A DNA stretch of 64,000 nucleotides from contig CAWDDT010000005.1 in NCBI GenBank assembly GCA_963801165.1, positions 512,001 through 576,000 on the forward strand. Direction: 5' to 3'. Position numbers and translations under genes: made by a program. The notes beneath the pieces are model-generated. The model searched no databases and was not told the origin of the DNA. It saw only the letters and a list, made by a program, of their open reading frames with translations. The DNA comes from an uncultured bacterium (lineage in GTDB: Bacteria > Actinomycetota > Acidimicrobiia > Spongiisociales > UBA5794). Below are positions 28,936 to 39,010 of the stretch, in pieces (position 1 is the stretch's first letter; each line of letters begins with the position of its first letter).

Positions 28936-31464
28936 CTACTCCGCTCCGTCCATCGTTGAGCTCAGGACGGTGACAGTCCCTGCTGACCCGTCTACTGTCA
29001 CGATCTGGCCATCGCGAAGTAACTCGGTGCCATGGGCAGTAGCGACCACGGCAGGGATCCGGTACTCGCGAGCGATGATTGCAGGATGGGAGAGTACGCC
29101 ACCGGAGTCCGTGACCACCGCTCCCAAACTGGGGAACAAGACCGACCAGGTGGGTTGCGTTACCGGGCAGACTACGACATCTCCCTCACGGATCTTGGCG
29201 AACTCGTGCTCCCCCATGACAACGCGAACCGTGCCCGTGTAGGTGCCCGGGGAAGCGGCCACACCCCGGATCTTGCCGGGTTCGCTCTGCAGCGAGCCGG
29301 GATCGATATTGGCGCCCATCATCCAGAACAAGGCCTCTGTGGTGTCGCGCACCTCTGCCGGTAGGAACCTCAACGATGGGGGCGGACCGGGGTTCTGCCC
29401 ATATGTGAGGGGACCCGGATGCGCCGCTACCCAGGCCCTTTCGCCCTTGCGTCTCCGGACCTGGTCGTGACGGTCTTCACGTTCCTCGAAAGCCAGACGC
29501 AATTCAGCGTCCTCGAGGAAGAAGACGTCATCGATCTCATTGACCTGACCACGGTCGGCCATTCGGCGTCCCATCTCCATGGCGGCGGTGCGGATGAGGC
29601 CGCCGGGAGTCTGAAGCGCTACGAAGACGTTGTCCTCCCTGACCGGATAGGCGCGTTCGGCCCGGGCCAAGAGCTCCTCGAAGCGGTCACGATCGCCCTC
29701 GGCGATCAGGGAGAGCGCCTCGGCCAGGAGGCTGTCGCGCTGGCGTTGGTTCTCATCATCGACGTCGGATGGGTTGAAGCCAGATGCCAACTGATTGGCC
29801 AACATCTGGAGCAACACCTCGGGACGGTCGGCCAAAGTGGGGTCGGCAAGGTCGCGACTCAGCATCCCCATGGCGTGCGTCCAGCGGTACTCCTCGAATG
29901 CGGTGTGGAACTCCGCATCGGTCTCCGCCAACAGACCATGGGTCTCCGCGCTCACCCGGTCGAGGAGCTCCATGACTCCGGCTTTGGCTGCCGCCAGCCC
30001 AGCCAAGCCGGCGAGCTCGCGGGCGGGCCGGGAGGACCACGTGGAGAGGCCTGTCACCAAGCCAAGTGCCCGCATATCGTCCCAGCCCGGGAGCTCACGC
30101 GCTATGCGTACCATCGGGTAGGTCTCGATGATCACCGCCCCGATGACGTAGAGATGGGATTCGAGTCCGTCGGCGAGGAGGCCGATCGTCTGCTCGTAGT
30201 GAGCGAGCAGCTCAGAATCGTCGAGCGCGGCGACGTCGACGGCCGACAGCTGTCGAGCGCGTCCCATCAAGGCCGGTTGCCACTCCTCCCACCACCGGTC
30301 GATGACCTGTCTCCCTTTCTCTGACCTGACGGCCTCGGTGGCGGTCTTAATCCGCAGACGCAGCACGGGGTGCAGCCGCGCCATGACACCGAGAACGAGA
30401 GCGGGTGGCGGGCGCCGGTCCTTGCCGCCAAGCGGAACGGTTCGGGTGTAGTGCCAACCGCCGATGTCGGTCAGCTCGATACGTTCGGCCAACATCCCGT
30501 ACTCTGCGCACATCCGCGGTGTCACTTCGTTGGCCAGCGGGTAGATGATCGACCTGGACAACGGTGAATTGGGAGCGGGCCAGTGGCTCGCATCGCGTTC
30601 CCAGTAGCCGTCGGGGATGTCCACTGGAACAGGAATGGGTCCCACGGACTCCTCTGGAAGCGCCGTGATCGGACGCGACTGGAGGAGCCAGAGCTTCCCG
30701 GCCTCGATGGCCCACTCGACGTCCTGGGGCAGGTCGAGGAACGCCTCGAGTCTCCTCACCAGGTGGGCGATCCGTCTTGCCTCGATCTCGGTGAGCACCG
30801 AGGGGTCGAGGGAGTGTTGAGCCGGACTCTCGCCGACGATTCTCCATCTCTCGGGAGTTATCTCGCCACTCATGAGTCGATCTCCCAGACCGGCAACTGT
30901 GTCGATTACCACGACGTCACGATCGCCGGTGACCGGATCCACCGAGAAGGCCACCCCTGCCGCGTCGGCGGCGACCTGTCTCTGGATGAGCACGGCCATG
31001 CCCCGATCCTTGGCGCCGTCATCGCGGTAGGAGTGGACTCGGGGTCCGAACGTCGATGCCCAGCATTCTCTCACCGCTGACACAATCTCCTCGGGCCCGT
31101 GGACACCAAGTACGGACTCGTACTGGCCGGCGAACGAGGCGTGTGCGGAGTCCTCATCGGGCGCCGAGGAGCGGACCACGACATCGTGGTCCCCGAGGAT
31201 GGCGGCGGCTTGAATGACGGCCTGCTCCACTGCTGGTGGGATCTGGACCTGTCGTATCGCCTCCGCCGACGCCTCCTGCATTCGGTCGACGGCGAGGTGG
31301 AACGCGGAGACATCGAGCACGATCCCCTGTGGAACGTCGAAACCGGCCTGGGAGAGGCGAGCCAGCGTTGCCGCTTTTCCCCCAGCCCTCTCGGGGCGAG
31401 TGGCCTCCGGATTGCCGAGGGCGAGGAGGAATCGACTTGTGAGGGTCACCTCGGCCCCCATCAT
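28936..31464 (-). CDS. PEP-synthase/rifampicin-phosphotransferase-like dikinase (ATP-grasp, central substrate domain, C-terminal phospho-His swivel)
   Basis: GGKA, VRSS..ED...SFAGQY, GVAFS.DP, DVEWA, LQSRPIT; C-terminal GGVLSHPAIIAREY. Confidence 0.88.
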   Translation of the reverse strand: MMGAEVTLTSRFLLALGNPEATRPERAGGKAATLARLSQAGFDVPQGIVLDVSAFHLAVDRMQEASAEAIRQVQIPPAVEQAVIQAAAILGDHDVVVRSSAPDEDSAHASFAGQYESVLGVHGPEEIVSAVRECWASTFGPRVHSYRDDGAKDRGMAVLIQRQVAADAAGVAFSVDPVTGDRDVVVIDTVAGLGDRLMSGEITPERWRIVGESPAQHSLDPSVLTEIEARRIAHLVRRLEAFLDLPQDVEWAIEAGKLWLLQSRPITALPEESVGPIPVPVDIPDGYWERDASHWPAPNSPLSRSIIYPLANEVTPRMCAEYGMLAERIELTDIGGWHYTRTVPLGGKDRRPPPALVLGVMARLHPVLRLRIKTATEAVRSEKGRQVIDRWWEEWQPALMGRARQLSAVDVAALDDSELLAHYEQTIGLLADGLESHLYVIGAVIIETYPMVRIARELPGWDDMRALGLVTGLSTWSSRPARELAGLAGLAAAKAGVMELLDRVSAETHGLLAETDAEFHTAFEEYRWTHAMGMLSRDLADPTLADRPEVLLQMLANQLASGFNPSDVDDENQRQRDSLLAEALSLIAEGDRDRFEELLARAERAYPVREDNVFVALQTPGGLIRTAAMEMGRRMADRGQVNEIDDVFFLEDAELRLAFEEREDRHDQVRRRKGERAWVAAHPGPLTYGQNPGPPPSLRFLPAEVRDTTEALFWMMGANIDPGSLQSEPGKIRGVAASPGTYTGTVRVVMGEHEFAKIREGDVVVCPVTQPTWSVLFPSLGAVVTDSGGVLSHPAIIAREYRIPAVVATAHGTELLRDGQIVTVDGSAGTVTVLSSTMDGAE

Positions 31465-31949
31465 CGTCTCGATCGCTGGTCAATCCGGCGCAGTCTGATC
31501 AAGGGGATCTCGCGTGCGATCCAGCTTTGCGCCTGGTTGTAGGTCGGATAGCTCTCGGACAAACGGTTCCAAAGGCTCTCGTACTCGTCGAGACCCACGA
31601 ACTCGGCCCTGGCCTCGAACCTGTCGCCTCGAATTTGCACCAGGCACCGCCGGTCGGAGCGCAGGTTCAATACCCAGGCTGGCGTCGGTTCCAGCCCGCC
31701 GTTGGTTCCGGCCACGACGATCTCCCCGTCTATCTCCATGTGGCCGATCGGGACCGATCTCTCTTCTCCCGAACGTCGACCGGTCGTCGTGAGCAGCAGC
31801 ACCGGTGCGCCCAGCGTCATCCGCGTGGTGCCGAGTCGGCCTCGGGACAGTCGATAGAGGCGGGTGTGAATCGGTGTGAACTTGGGCATGAACCGCTGCA
31901 TCGCCCGCATGGAACGGCTCGGCCTTCCTAGCTGAATCTCTTTCGGCAT
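31461..31949 (-). CDS. Deazaflavin (F420)-dependent nitroreductase family oxidoreductase (Ddn-like)
   Basis: LLLTTTGRRSG..R, NGG...PAWVLNL, YPTY..Q...REIP; GGAGGA RBS; ATGA overlap with the dikinase. Confidence 0.88.
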   Translation of the reverse strand: MPKEIQLGRPSRSMRAMQRFMPKFTPIHTRLYRLSRGRLGTTRMTLGAPVLLLTTTGRRSGEERSVPIGHMEIDGEIVVAGTNGGLEPTPAWVLNLRSDRRCLVQIRGDRFEARAEFVGLDEYESLWNRLSESYPTYNQAQSWIAREIPLIRLRRIDQRSRR

Positions 31950-32037
31950 CGCATCCTCCAGACTCAATAGTCGGTCCGTGTCAATGGTGTCGCAATCGCA
32001 TGCGGCGTGCATCGGTACAAATGCGTAAATGTCCCCG

Positions 32038-34914
32038 TCAGGGTTGGGTGGAGGAGCGGTGGCTCGTGACGTGTGTGGCGAGGGCTGCTCGCGAACCGAT
32101 GCCGAGCCGGGTGTAGATGTGGTCGAGGTGGCTGTGAACCGTGCGGATGCTGATGAAGAGCTCTTCTGCGATCTCGGCGTTGGACATGCCCTTGGCCACG
32201 AGTTCCGCCAGTTCGAGCTGACGCGGAGTGAGATCGACCTCGGTCGGTGCCGGACTGAGGTGGACCCCGAGCTGTGCGGCGATGCGTTCGGCGCGTGCCC
32301 GATAGCGCTCGGCTCCGACTCGCCGCATGGTGCCCAGCCAGTGATTCATGCGGTCGTCCGGCCGAGCATGAGCTATTTCCATCGCCTCGATTCCCGCTCG
32401 CGCCTCTTCAAAGGGCATCCCGAGCTGAGAGAAGGTCGCCGCGGCCTGACCCAGTGCCTCGAGAGCCTTGCCGGTCTCGTCCTGGCCAGCGTGGATATGG
32501 CCTCGTATGCGAAGCGCCATCGCGTTTGGATAGGAGGGCCCCTCACCAAGGTCGGCGAGGGCCTCCGCCTCGGTCAGCGCGACGGTGGCTTGACCCATCA
32601 GGGCATGCGCCATTCCGCCGGTCACCATGTCCCATGGGGGCAGCGTGGTCCCTATCTGGAGATGCTTGTTCGAGTCGATGTGGTAGAGGGCCTCTCCCGG
32701 GTTGCCTCTCTCCAGGGCGAGGATGGAGGAGGCGGTGTGGAAGAGCGCCGACACCGTGACCATGGACACGGGTTCATGGACGGTGTCCATGGCCCGCCGC
32801 AGACTCTGTGACGCCTGCTCGAATTCGGCGCGATGACTGTGGAGCATGACCGCCAGCAGCGCGGCCAGCAGAGATGCGAGGGCGTGGTCCATGCCGACGG
32901 CGAGGAGATCCGCTTCCTGGACCGTTTCGCGCGCTCCTTCCCAATCGCCTGAAAAGAACGCCTCACAGAAGGTTCCGACGTATACCCGCGTCTCCCAGGC
33001 CGGGACCCGAATCGTACGTAGCAGGTCTTTCGCTCGGTGGTTGGCTTCCCTCAGCCCATCCAGGTCACCGAACACTGCTGCCATGTGAGCCTTGACCATG
33101 TGATGGCGCATCTCCAACCGGGAGTCGCCGGACCTAAGCATCCGACCTTGTCCCAAGATCTCCCCGACGGCTCGATAGTCCTGTTGCTCCAGGGCCGCGG
33201 ATAGGTTGCCCGCTTCCGCCAACGCTGCGGCACGCTGGCCCTGAACCGTGGCGGCAGCTTCGACCAAGCGGCGTGCCGACGACTCGACCGCGGCCAGGTC
33301 GCCGCGACGGTGGGCATTCGACACGGCCAGATAGAGGAGGTCGAGTGCTTCCTCCGGAGGGGTGTCGTCGGGCATCGCCGCCATGGCAACTTCAATCTGA
33401 CGATCCGAGTCCTCGAAGGCGACCTCACCCAGGGCAAAAGCGAGGTCGCGTTGGATGCGATAGACCGTTTGCTTATCGTGCCGATCGACCAGTTCCAGTG
33501 CCTCTCGCCACCAGGAAAGAGCGTCTTCGATCCTGGAGTTGGCCCAGCTGCACGCTCCCAGCTTCATCAGGATCCCGGGTACCTGGGTCGGGCGGGCGGA
33601 TCTCGCGACCGAGGAGGCGGTTTGGAGGAGTTGGATCGCCTCTGTGAAGGCAGAACGAGACATTGATTGGTCGGCCGCCTCCTGCAGCACGTCCACCGCC
33701 CAACCGGGGTCGAGTCGATCGAAGGCCTTTGTGATATGGGCGGCCATAGCCAGGACGGCGTCGGGCGTCACCTCCCGGTAGGCCTCGGCGAGACGCGCAT
33801 GGAGGTCGGATCGACGAGGCTCCGAGAGGTTCTGATACACGGCCCGCTGTGCGAGCGGATGCCACAGGCGTAACGCTCCGGGAGAGTCGGGCTCCTCCAC
33901 GAGTACAGACCTGCGGATCAATTCGTCCGCATGGACCCGAGTGGCCGTTGAACAGGCGGCGAGCAGGATCTCGATCTCGATCTCGACGCCGGCAGCCGTG
34001 AGGGTGACCAACTCCGCCTCCTCGGCATCGAGCGCGTCGAGCTGACTTGTGATCGCATCTTCAGCCACACCTGAGAGGATCTTCTCGAGGTCAAATTCCG
34101 AGGCGCCGCGCCCGGTTTCTGCGATGGCGTTGCTCTCCACCGCGGCCCGAACCAGGGCAGTAACGAAGAGCGGCACTCCGCCGGCCGTGGCTACGAGAGA
34201 CCGGACTGCCGCCGGTGCGGGCGACTTCCCGAGGCGGGACTCGACCAGCGTCTCGACCTCTTTGGCATCTAGGGGCCCGAGCTCGATTTCCACGAGCAGA
34301 TCGGATCTTCTCAAGCTTGATATCAGCGCTGGCAAAGCGTGCTCGGATCCTTCGGCAGGGTTCCAGGTGGCGAGGACCGCCACGGGGAGGCCGGGCAGTT
34401 CTCGACTGAGATACGCGATCAACTCGATCGAGGCGTGGTCCAACCACTGAAGGTCGTCGAGCAGCATCGCCGCGGGGGCATGTCGAGACAGGCGGTCGAC
34501 AAGACGAACCACCGCCTCGAACAGCCATGTCCGCTCGATCGACGCATCGAACCCGAAATCCCTTGCCGCCACGTCGAGTTCCTGAAACAGACGAGCCAGA
34601 GCAGGTAGGTCGGCCGTGAGCCCGAAGCGATCAGCGGCGCTCATCCCGCGCAAACGGGCGCCGAGTGCTTGGATGATCGGAGCGTAAGCAACGGTGGTGG
34701 TCAGCGGGTTCGCTCTGCCGACCATCGTCGTGAAACCACGCGACACAGCCCAGTCGAGGGCCTCTGAGGCAAGTCGAGTCTTCCCGATGCCGCTCTGGCC
34801 AGTGATCAAGATCACGCGCCCGGCAGCGTCGGCCACATCATCGAGGGTCCGGGAGATTCGCTCGCACTCAGGTCGGCGGCCAATCAAGCTCGATTGTTTC
34901 TTCCATTCTGACAT
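32038..34914 (-). CDS. Large ATP-binding LuxR-family (LAL-type) transcriptional regulator
   Basis: LIGR, GQSGIGKT, LDDLQW.D..S, GGVPL, C-terminal LTPRQLELAELVAKGMSNAEIAEELFISIRTV; start may be 34962. Confidence 0.9.
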   Translation of the reverse strand: MSEWKKQSSLIGRRPECERISRTLDDVADAAGRVILITGQSGIGKTRLASEALDWAVSRGFTTMVGRANPLTTTVAYAPIIQALGARLRGMSAADRFGLTADLPALARLFQELDVAARDFGFDASIERTWLFEAVVRLVDRLSRHAPAAMLLDDLQWLDHASIELIAYLSRELPGLPVAVLATWNPAEGSEHALPALISSLRRSDLLVEIELGPLDAKEVETLVESRLGKSPAPAAVRSLVATAGGVPLFVTALVRAAVESNAIAETGRGASEFDLEKILSGVAEDAITSQLDALDAEEAELVTLTAAGVEIEIEILLAACSTATRVHADELIRRSVLVEEPDSPGALRLWHPLAQRAVYQNLSEPRRSDLHARLAEAYREVTPDAVLAMAAHITKAFDRLDPGWAVDVLQEAADQSMSRSAFTEAIQLLQTASSVARSARPTQVPGILMKLGACSWANSRIEDALSWWREALELVDRHDKQTVYRIQRDLAFALGEVAFEDSDRQIEVAMAAMPDDTPPEEALDLLYLAVSNAHRRGDLAAVESSARRLVEAAATVQGQRAAALAEAGNLSAALEQQDYRAVGEILGQGRMLRSGDSRLEMRHHMVKAHMAAVFGDLDGLREANHRAKDLLRTIRVPAWETRVYVGTFCEAFFSGDWEGARETVQEADLLAVGMDHALASLLAALLAVMLHSHRAEFEQASQSLRRAMDTVHEPVSMVTVSALFHTASSILALERGNPGEALYHIDSNKHLQIGTTLPPWDMVTGGMAHALMGQATVALTEAEALADLGEGPSYPNAMALRIRGHIHAGQDETGKALEALGQAAATFSQLGMPFEEARAGIEAMEIAHARPDDRMNHWLGTMRRVGAERYRARAERIAAQLGVHLSPAPTEVDLTPRQLELAELVAKGMSNAEIAEELFISIRTVHSHLDHIYTRLGIGSRAALATHVTSHRSSTQP

Positions 34915-35012
34915 CGACGGTCCTCGACTGATGGCCACAGAGTATGGCGAAAAATCGGCCATGCCGACGAGCTGCCTGGCGTGCAGACTCGATGGTGCCA
35001 GGTTCGACCGCG

Positions 35013-35120
35013 CGTGCCGAGTACCCGAACCATGTGCTGGGTCTCGACTTCCAATTCGACGAAACCGCCGACCTGAGTCGTCTCAAGCTGTCGAATATCG
35101 TCGACGAAGTGTTCAGCAGG
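35013..35120 (+). pseudogene. IS3-family transposase fragment
   Basis: RAEYPNHVLGLDFQFDETADLSRLKLSNIVDE resembles the IS3 rve core (PNHVW..DFQFD.T..G..LK.LNIVDE). Confidence 0.7.
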
Positions 35121-35132
35121 TGCCCCACATTC

Positions 35133-35176
35133 GCTCACAACCCGAAGGTCGAGGGTTCAAATCCCGCCCCTGCTAC
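35133..35176 (+). other. 3' half of an initiator tRNA-Met-like sequence (att remnant), followed by a hairpin at 35181-35209
   Basis: GCTCACAACCCGAAGGTCGAGGGTTCAAATCCCGCCCCTGCTAC; no 5' half; GAAGAACCC/GGGTTCTTC stem. Confidence 0.7.
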
Positions 35177-35511
35177 GAACGAAGAACCCGTGTATTGCAA
35201 GGGTTCTTCTCTTGTCGGGACTTGTCGCTTTATCCGGCTTCGGTGGTCTCTATCGCGCGTCCGGCTGCCGAGACTTGACAGCGTCGTGCGGGGAGAGTCG
35301 TCCGAGGTGGCCTTCTGGGGGCATCAGGCCCTGTCAGAGGCCGCGTCAGGGATGGCGTGAGTCCGATGATGGCAGGCTGGGCCACACGCGTCTCAGTGTT
35401 GTAGGCCCCATTGACGGCATGCCTCGAGCATCCTTATGGTGTGGTCGGACAAGGCAGCGTCTGTTTGGGCGCACGACTGCGGGACGTACCGAGTATGACA
35501 GGAGGCGGACC

Positions 35512-36153
35512 GTGGGGCTTCGAGGCATTTCACGGATGGGGCTTACCGTCGGGCTGTTCATCGCCGTGGCGGGATGCAGCTCCGCCGGTGGCGATGAGCA
35601 AGCAACCACGACGACCAGCGACCCCGCGGCTTCCAATACGACAGCGGTCGGAGTCACCGATACAACCGGCCTTGAACCCACGACTTCTGGCGGGGACGAA
35701 CCAGCCTCCGTCGGTTCTTCAGACCTGCCGGAAATGAGTGGTGGAAGCGCAGCGTTCACGCTTGCAGGTGAACCTGAGGACTTCGATTGGTTCGTCTGCT
35801 TCTACGGAGACGCTGCCGTGGAGATGTTTGGCGATGAAGACGTCACCTTTGTTGGCATAGGTCGGCGAGGAGGGTCCTTCCCGTCCATGGATGGCGTCGA
35901 GGCACAGATTGTCGCATCCCGCTCAGAGTCGGCTCTCGGCACCAACTACACGATCCTCTACACACGCGTCGGAAACGACGGCGCCCAGACCAATTGGCAG
36001 GATGTCGGTTCTGACGCTGTACAACTCCAGGGGGATCGGGTCACCTTTCAAGGGGAGCTGAGCCGCATCATTGACAACCAGCCGAGTGACGAGTTCGACA
36101 CCGGGGCGCTGGATGCCACGTGTAGCCCCAACAGCATCGGCTCGGGTGAGTAG
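35512..36153 (+). CDS. Hypothetical lipoprotein (similar layout to 26034..26645)
   Basis: VAGC lipobox, Thr linker, AAFTLAGE...C...GALDATC. Confidence 0.7.
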   Translation: MGLRGISRMGLTVGLFIAVAGCSSAGGDEQATTTTSDPAASNTTAVGVTDTTGLEPTTSGGDEPASVGSSDLPEMSGGSAAFTLAGEPEDFDWFVCFYGDAAVEMFGDEDVTFVGIGRRGGSFPSMDGVEAQIVASRSESALGTNYTILYTRVGNDGAQTNWQDVGSDAVQLQGDRVTFQGELSRIIDNQPSDEFDTGALDATCSPNSIGSGE

Positions 36154-36489
36154 CGCTCGTCGAGCAGAAGAGGTCTTCATCTCTTCCAGGCAGCAAGGAC
36201 TGTCACGGTGGTGGGTCGAGGTCGATCGCCTGCCGAGCGTTGGTGGTCTTGCCGCGCGACTTGTGGAGCTCGTATCCGATGGAGACGCGCCCGGTTGACC
36301 TTCTGACGTCTTGAACTCGGTAGGACTGATAGGGCTCCATATCGGTATCCGTCCGCTGCGCGGCTCAGACCTCGAACAGGGTCTGTCCGATGTAGCTGCC
36401 GTCTGGGAGTCCTACATCTTCCAGGGGGTTCTTCACACCTGGAGGCTAAGACGGGGCGTTTGGTGTGCATTTGGTCCGCGGGAGAAGCG

Positions 36490-36660
36490 GCTTTCTGTCA
36501 ACCGGAGTGATGCGCGTCACTGGCGAACGCGACATCAAGGGCGTCCGAGACCTTGGATCTGTCTTCGGGGTAGAGATGCCCATACCGGTCCATCGTGAGG
36601 ACGATCGAGCTGTGACCGAGGTGCTCCTGCACTACCTATGGACGGCAACCCCCGGGCGAT
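36490..36660 (-). pseudogene. Tyrosine integrase C-terminal remnant
   Basis: Manual translation *VVQEHLGHSSIVLTMDRYGHLYPEDRSKVSDALD with an in-frame stop just upstream; boundaries approximate. Confidence 0.8.
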
Positions 36661-36837
36661 ACATCCATGGTGTCACTCGCTCACGTGGAGTCCCTCGTCG
36701 CCGGCGCATCGGCGCGCGTTACAGCGGTAGGTCCCCGAGAGCGATGCGCTCATTTACGCGACGGTCCGTCGCACCGCACAACGTCGGTCACTGCGAGGAT
36801 GGCAGACCCCCCCCGTAGACACGAGGAAATTCAATTT

Positions 36838-36885
36838 GTGGGCCCAGCTGGATTTGAACCAGCGGCCTCATCCTTATCAGGGATG
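36838..36885 (-). repeat. att site (48-bp direct repeat of the tRNA-Ile 3' part)
   Basis: 47/48 identical to 50720-50767. Confidence 0.95.
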
Positions 36886-37331
36886 ATCAAAGAGATCTGG
36901 CGACATTGGCGATGCGGCGATATCTCCTGTGTCACAGCGGATAACGTACCTCATTGGTTCGCATCATTTCTGGACGTTTCTCGTTCTCCCGTGGACGCGA
37001 TGTGGACGCGGGCAAGCTTGATCGCGCGAGGTGCGCCTCGAGACCCCTGTTCTTACGCCGTTCTTGGAGGTCTTGCCTGCCGGGACAAATCGGCGGAGAG
37101 CCTGGTTTTCCGGGCGATTCTGCCTCTCATCGTCTTTTGTCATTTCTCATGTTTGCGCCCGTTGCGGTCCAGGTGCGACCCAACTCGGGCGCGGAGGTAT
37201 TCGGCGGTGGCAGACATGTTGTACACGCCAATGGCACCGTGATCCCGGTACCGGGTGCCCTGGGGTTGGTGGGCTATCGCTGCCCTCCGGCTCCAAAGGA
37301 TGATGAGCAGCACACGCGTCGGCCGACCGTC

Positions 37332-38036
37332 TCATGGGCACTCGATCGCAGAGTTGACAGTCACCACATCTGCGATCAGAGGCTCTGGGTCGTCTACGAT
37401 CGCTACCTCCCATACGTCGTAGAGACTGCAGAGACCCTTTATGGTTGCGGCGTAGACTTCTCCGTCCTCCGTGGTGGCATGCCGCACTAGCACGGTGCTT
37501 CCATCGGTCCCTGTGCGTTCACCGATATCCTGCGCTTCTGCGCCGTCGCCGAACGCGAGAGCGATCGCTAGTTGCTCGTCACCGACGAAGGTAGCGAGCA
37601 GGGTGTAGATAGCGTCCTCCCTCACATATGTCAGCGCCGAGTACGGTGCCCCGTGGGGTTCGTCCCAACCGGGGTCCACCACTCCGAGGGCTTGCAGCGC
37701 AGTCTCGAGCACGCCGTCCAGCTCTGATCGGTCACGGGGCACCGTCGTAGCCGTCGAATCCCTTTCCATAGCAGTGGTTGTCGTTGTGCTCTCGTGGCCT
37801 CCGGTTGTCGTAATCAGATGTACGCCGGTGGTGGAAGTTGCCTGCGTGGTCTTGCTCGCATCCGCCGGGTCGCTATCAGATGAAGTCGGTGAGGTCTCCC
37901 CCGAACATGCCGCCAGGGCAATGATCATCGCGAGGATGATCAAGTAGCTAGGTCGGCGGAATGCTGAGGGCCTACAACGGCCGACGGGTATTGAGCGGCT
38001 CGACCGGTCCGGCGGTGTCTGGGTGATCGTCGTCAT
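37332..38036 (-). CDS. Hypothetical lipoprotein
   Basis: LAAC lipobox, Thr-rich linker, C-terminal Cys pair. Confidence 0.7.
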   Translation of the reverse strand: MTTITQTPPDRSSRSIPVGRCRPSAFRRPSYLIILAMIIALAACSGETSPTSSDSDPADASKTTQATSTTGVHLITTTGGHESTTTTTAMERDSTATTVPRDRSELDGVLETALQALGVVDPGWDEPHGAPYSALTYVREDAIYTLLATFVGDEQLAIALAFGDGAEAQDIGERTGTDGSTVLVRHATTEDGEVYAATIKGLCSLYDVWEVAIVDDPEPLIADVVTVNSAIECP

Positions 38037-38114
38037 TGTCCTTCTACTCCAGGGCGGTTGTGCGTCGCGTAGCGGACGAGCGGTCAGCTGAGTGCCAGTC
38101 CGCCACGCTCACTG

Positions 38115-38984
38115 CTACCAGAGGTCGCGACGGAATTGAGCCAATTCGTCCTCGTGCTCGGCGAGGAATGAGTAGTCGAATTCGAATATCGCTTTCTCGA
38201 AGACGGGACGCAGGTCAGAGTCGCACGAGGCATTCGCCTCGTACATCGCTCGCTCAAGCTCGAGCAGCTCTGCGTAGGCCTTGTGACTCAAGCCGAGAGT
38301 CTCGTCAATCTCCGCGTCGATTGCCTGATCCAACTGTCCAAGCATGTCCCCCAAGGATGACACGTCGAATCCGTTTGAAGACATGCAGTCTGCCCATTCG
38401 TGAATTGCTCTTGAAACCCTCGGGTCCGACTCGAGCGTCGAGGCACGCGCGGCCATGTATTCGATCCTGAGTGGAGCTATCGCCACGGCAAGGCCGGGCG
38501 TCATCCTGTACGCCGCTCCAGTGCAGCTGGCCGCGAAGTCCTCAGCCGATTGGCTCGGATTCTGCCAATCGCGGCCATAGAGGGCTTCGTAGTATCGAGA
38601 GCGTTCACCCGAATCGAGGGATTCGGCATACACGATGTTGGGGTCATCGCGCACCACTAGCCCGGTCTCATTTAGCTTGTCCCTGCTGAAGGATGTGACG
38701 AAGCCGAAGTACTCCTCCGGCTCATCACTGCCTGGCTCGAAGACATTGAAATCTGGAGCCAGCGGCACAAACGGCATACCCACGCCGTTCATACACTTCT
38801 GGATCGAGTCCTGGCGTGCTGTCTCCTCAGCGTCGAAGATGCTTCTCTCGATGTCCGGGTTGTGCCCCAGACCCACGTATTCCGCGAGGGGAGAGGTAGG
38901 CACGGTCTGGGCTCGGGCCGCCGTGCCAGCAACGACTCCAACGAAGGCGACTGCGGCCACAGCTACCAGCTTGGCTGTCTTCAT
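38115..38984 (-). CDS. Secreted protein with paired C-M..G motifs
   Basis: Signal peptide; IQKCMNGVG, SCTGAA, WADCMSSNGF, NASC; AAAGGAG RBS. Confidence 0.75.
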   Translation of the reverse strand: MKTAKLVAVAAVAFVGVVAGTAARAQTVPTSPLAEYVGLGHNPDIERSIFDAEETARQDSIQKCMNGVGMPFVPLAPDFNVFEPGSDEPEEYFGFVTSFSRDKLNETGLVVRDDPNIVYAESLDSGERSRYYEALYGRDWQNPSQSAEDFAASCTGAAYRMTPGLAVAIAPLRIEYMAARASTLESDPRVSRAIHEWADCMSSNGFDVSSLGDMLGQLDQAIDAEIDETLGLSHKAYAELLELERAMYEANASCDSDLRPVFEKAIFEFDYSFLAEHEDELAQFRRDLW

Positions 38985-39010
38985 TACTTGTGCTCCTTTC
39001 ATCGACGGCA

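Noticed and set aside
28936-31464. Calling the gene rph or ppsA
   Set aside because: Domain order is Rph-like, but I cannot verify rifamycin-pocket residues or an upstream RAE, and there is no pyruvate-binding barrel
35133-35176. Functional tRNA gene
   Set aside because: The 5' acceptor strand and D-arm are missing; treated as an att remnant
36838-36885. Second tRNA-Ile gene
   Set aside because: Only the 3' 48 nt are present
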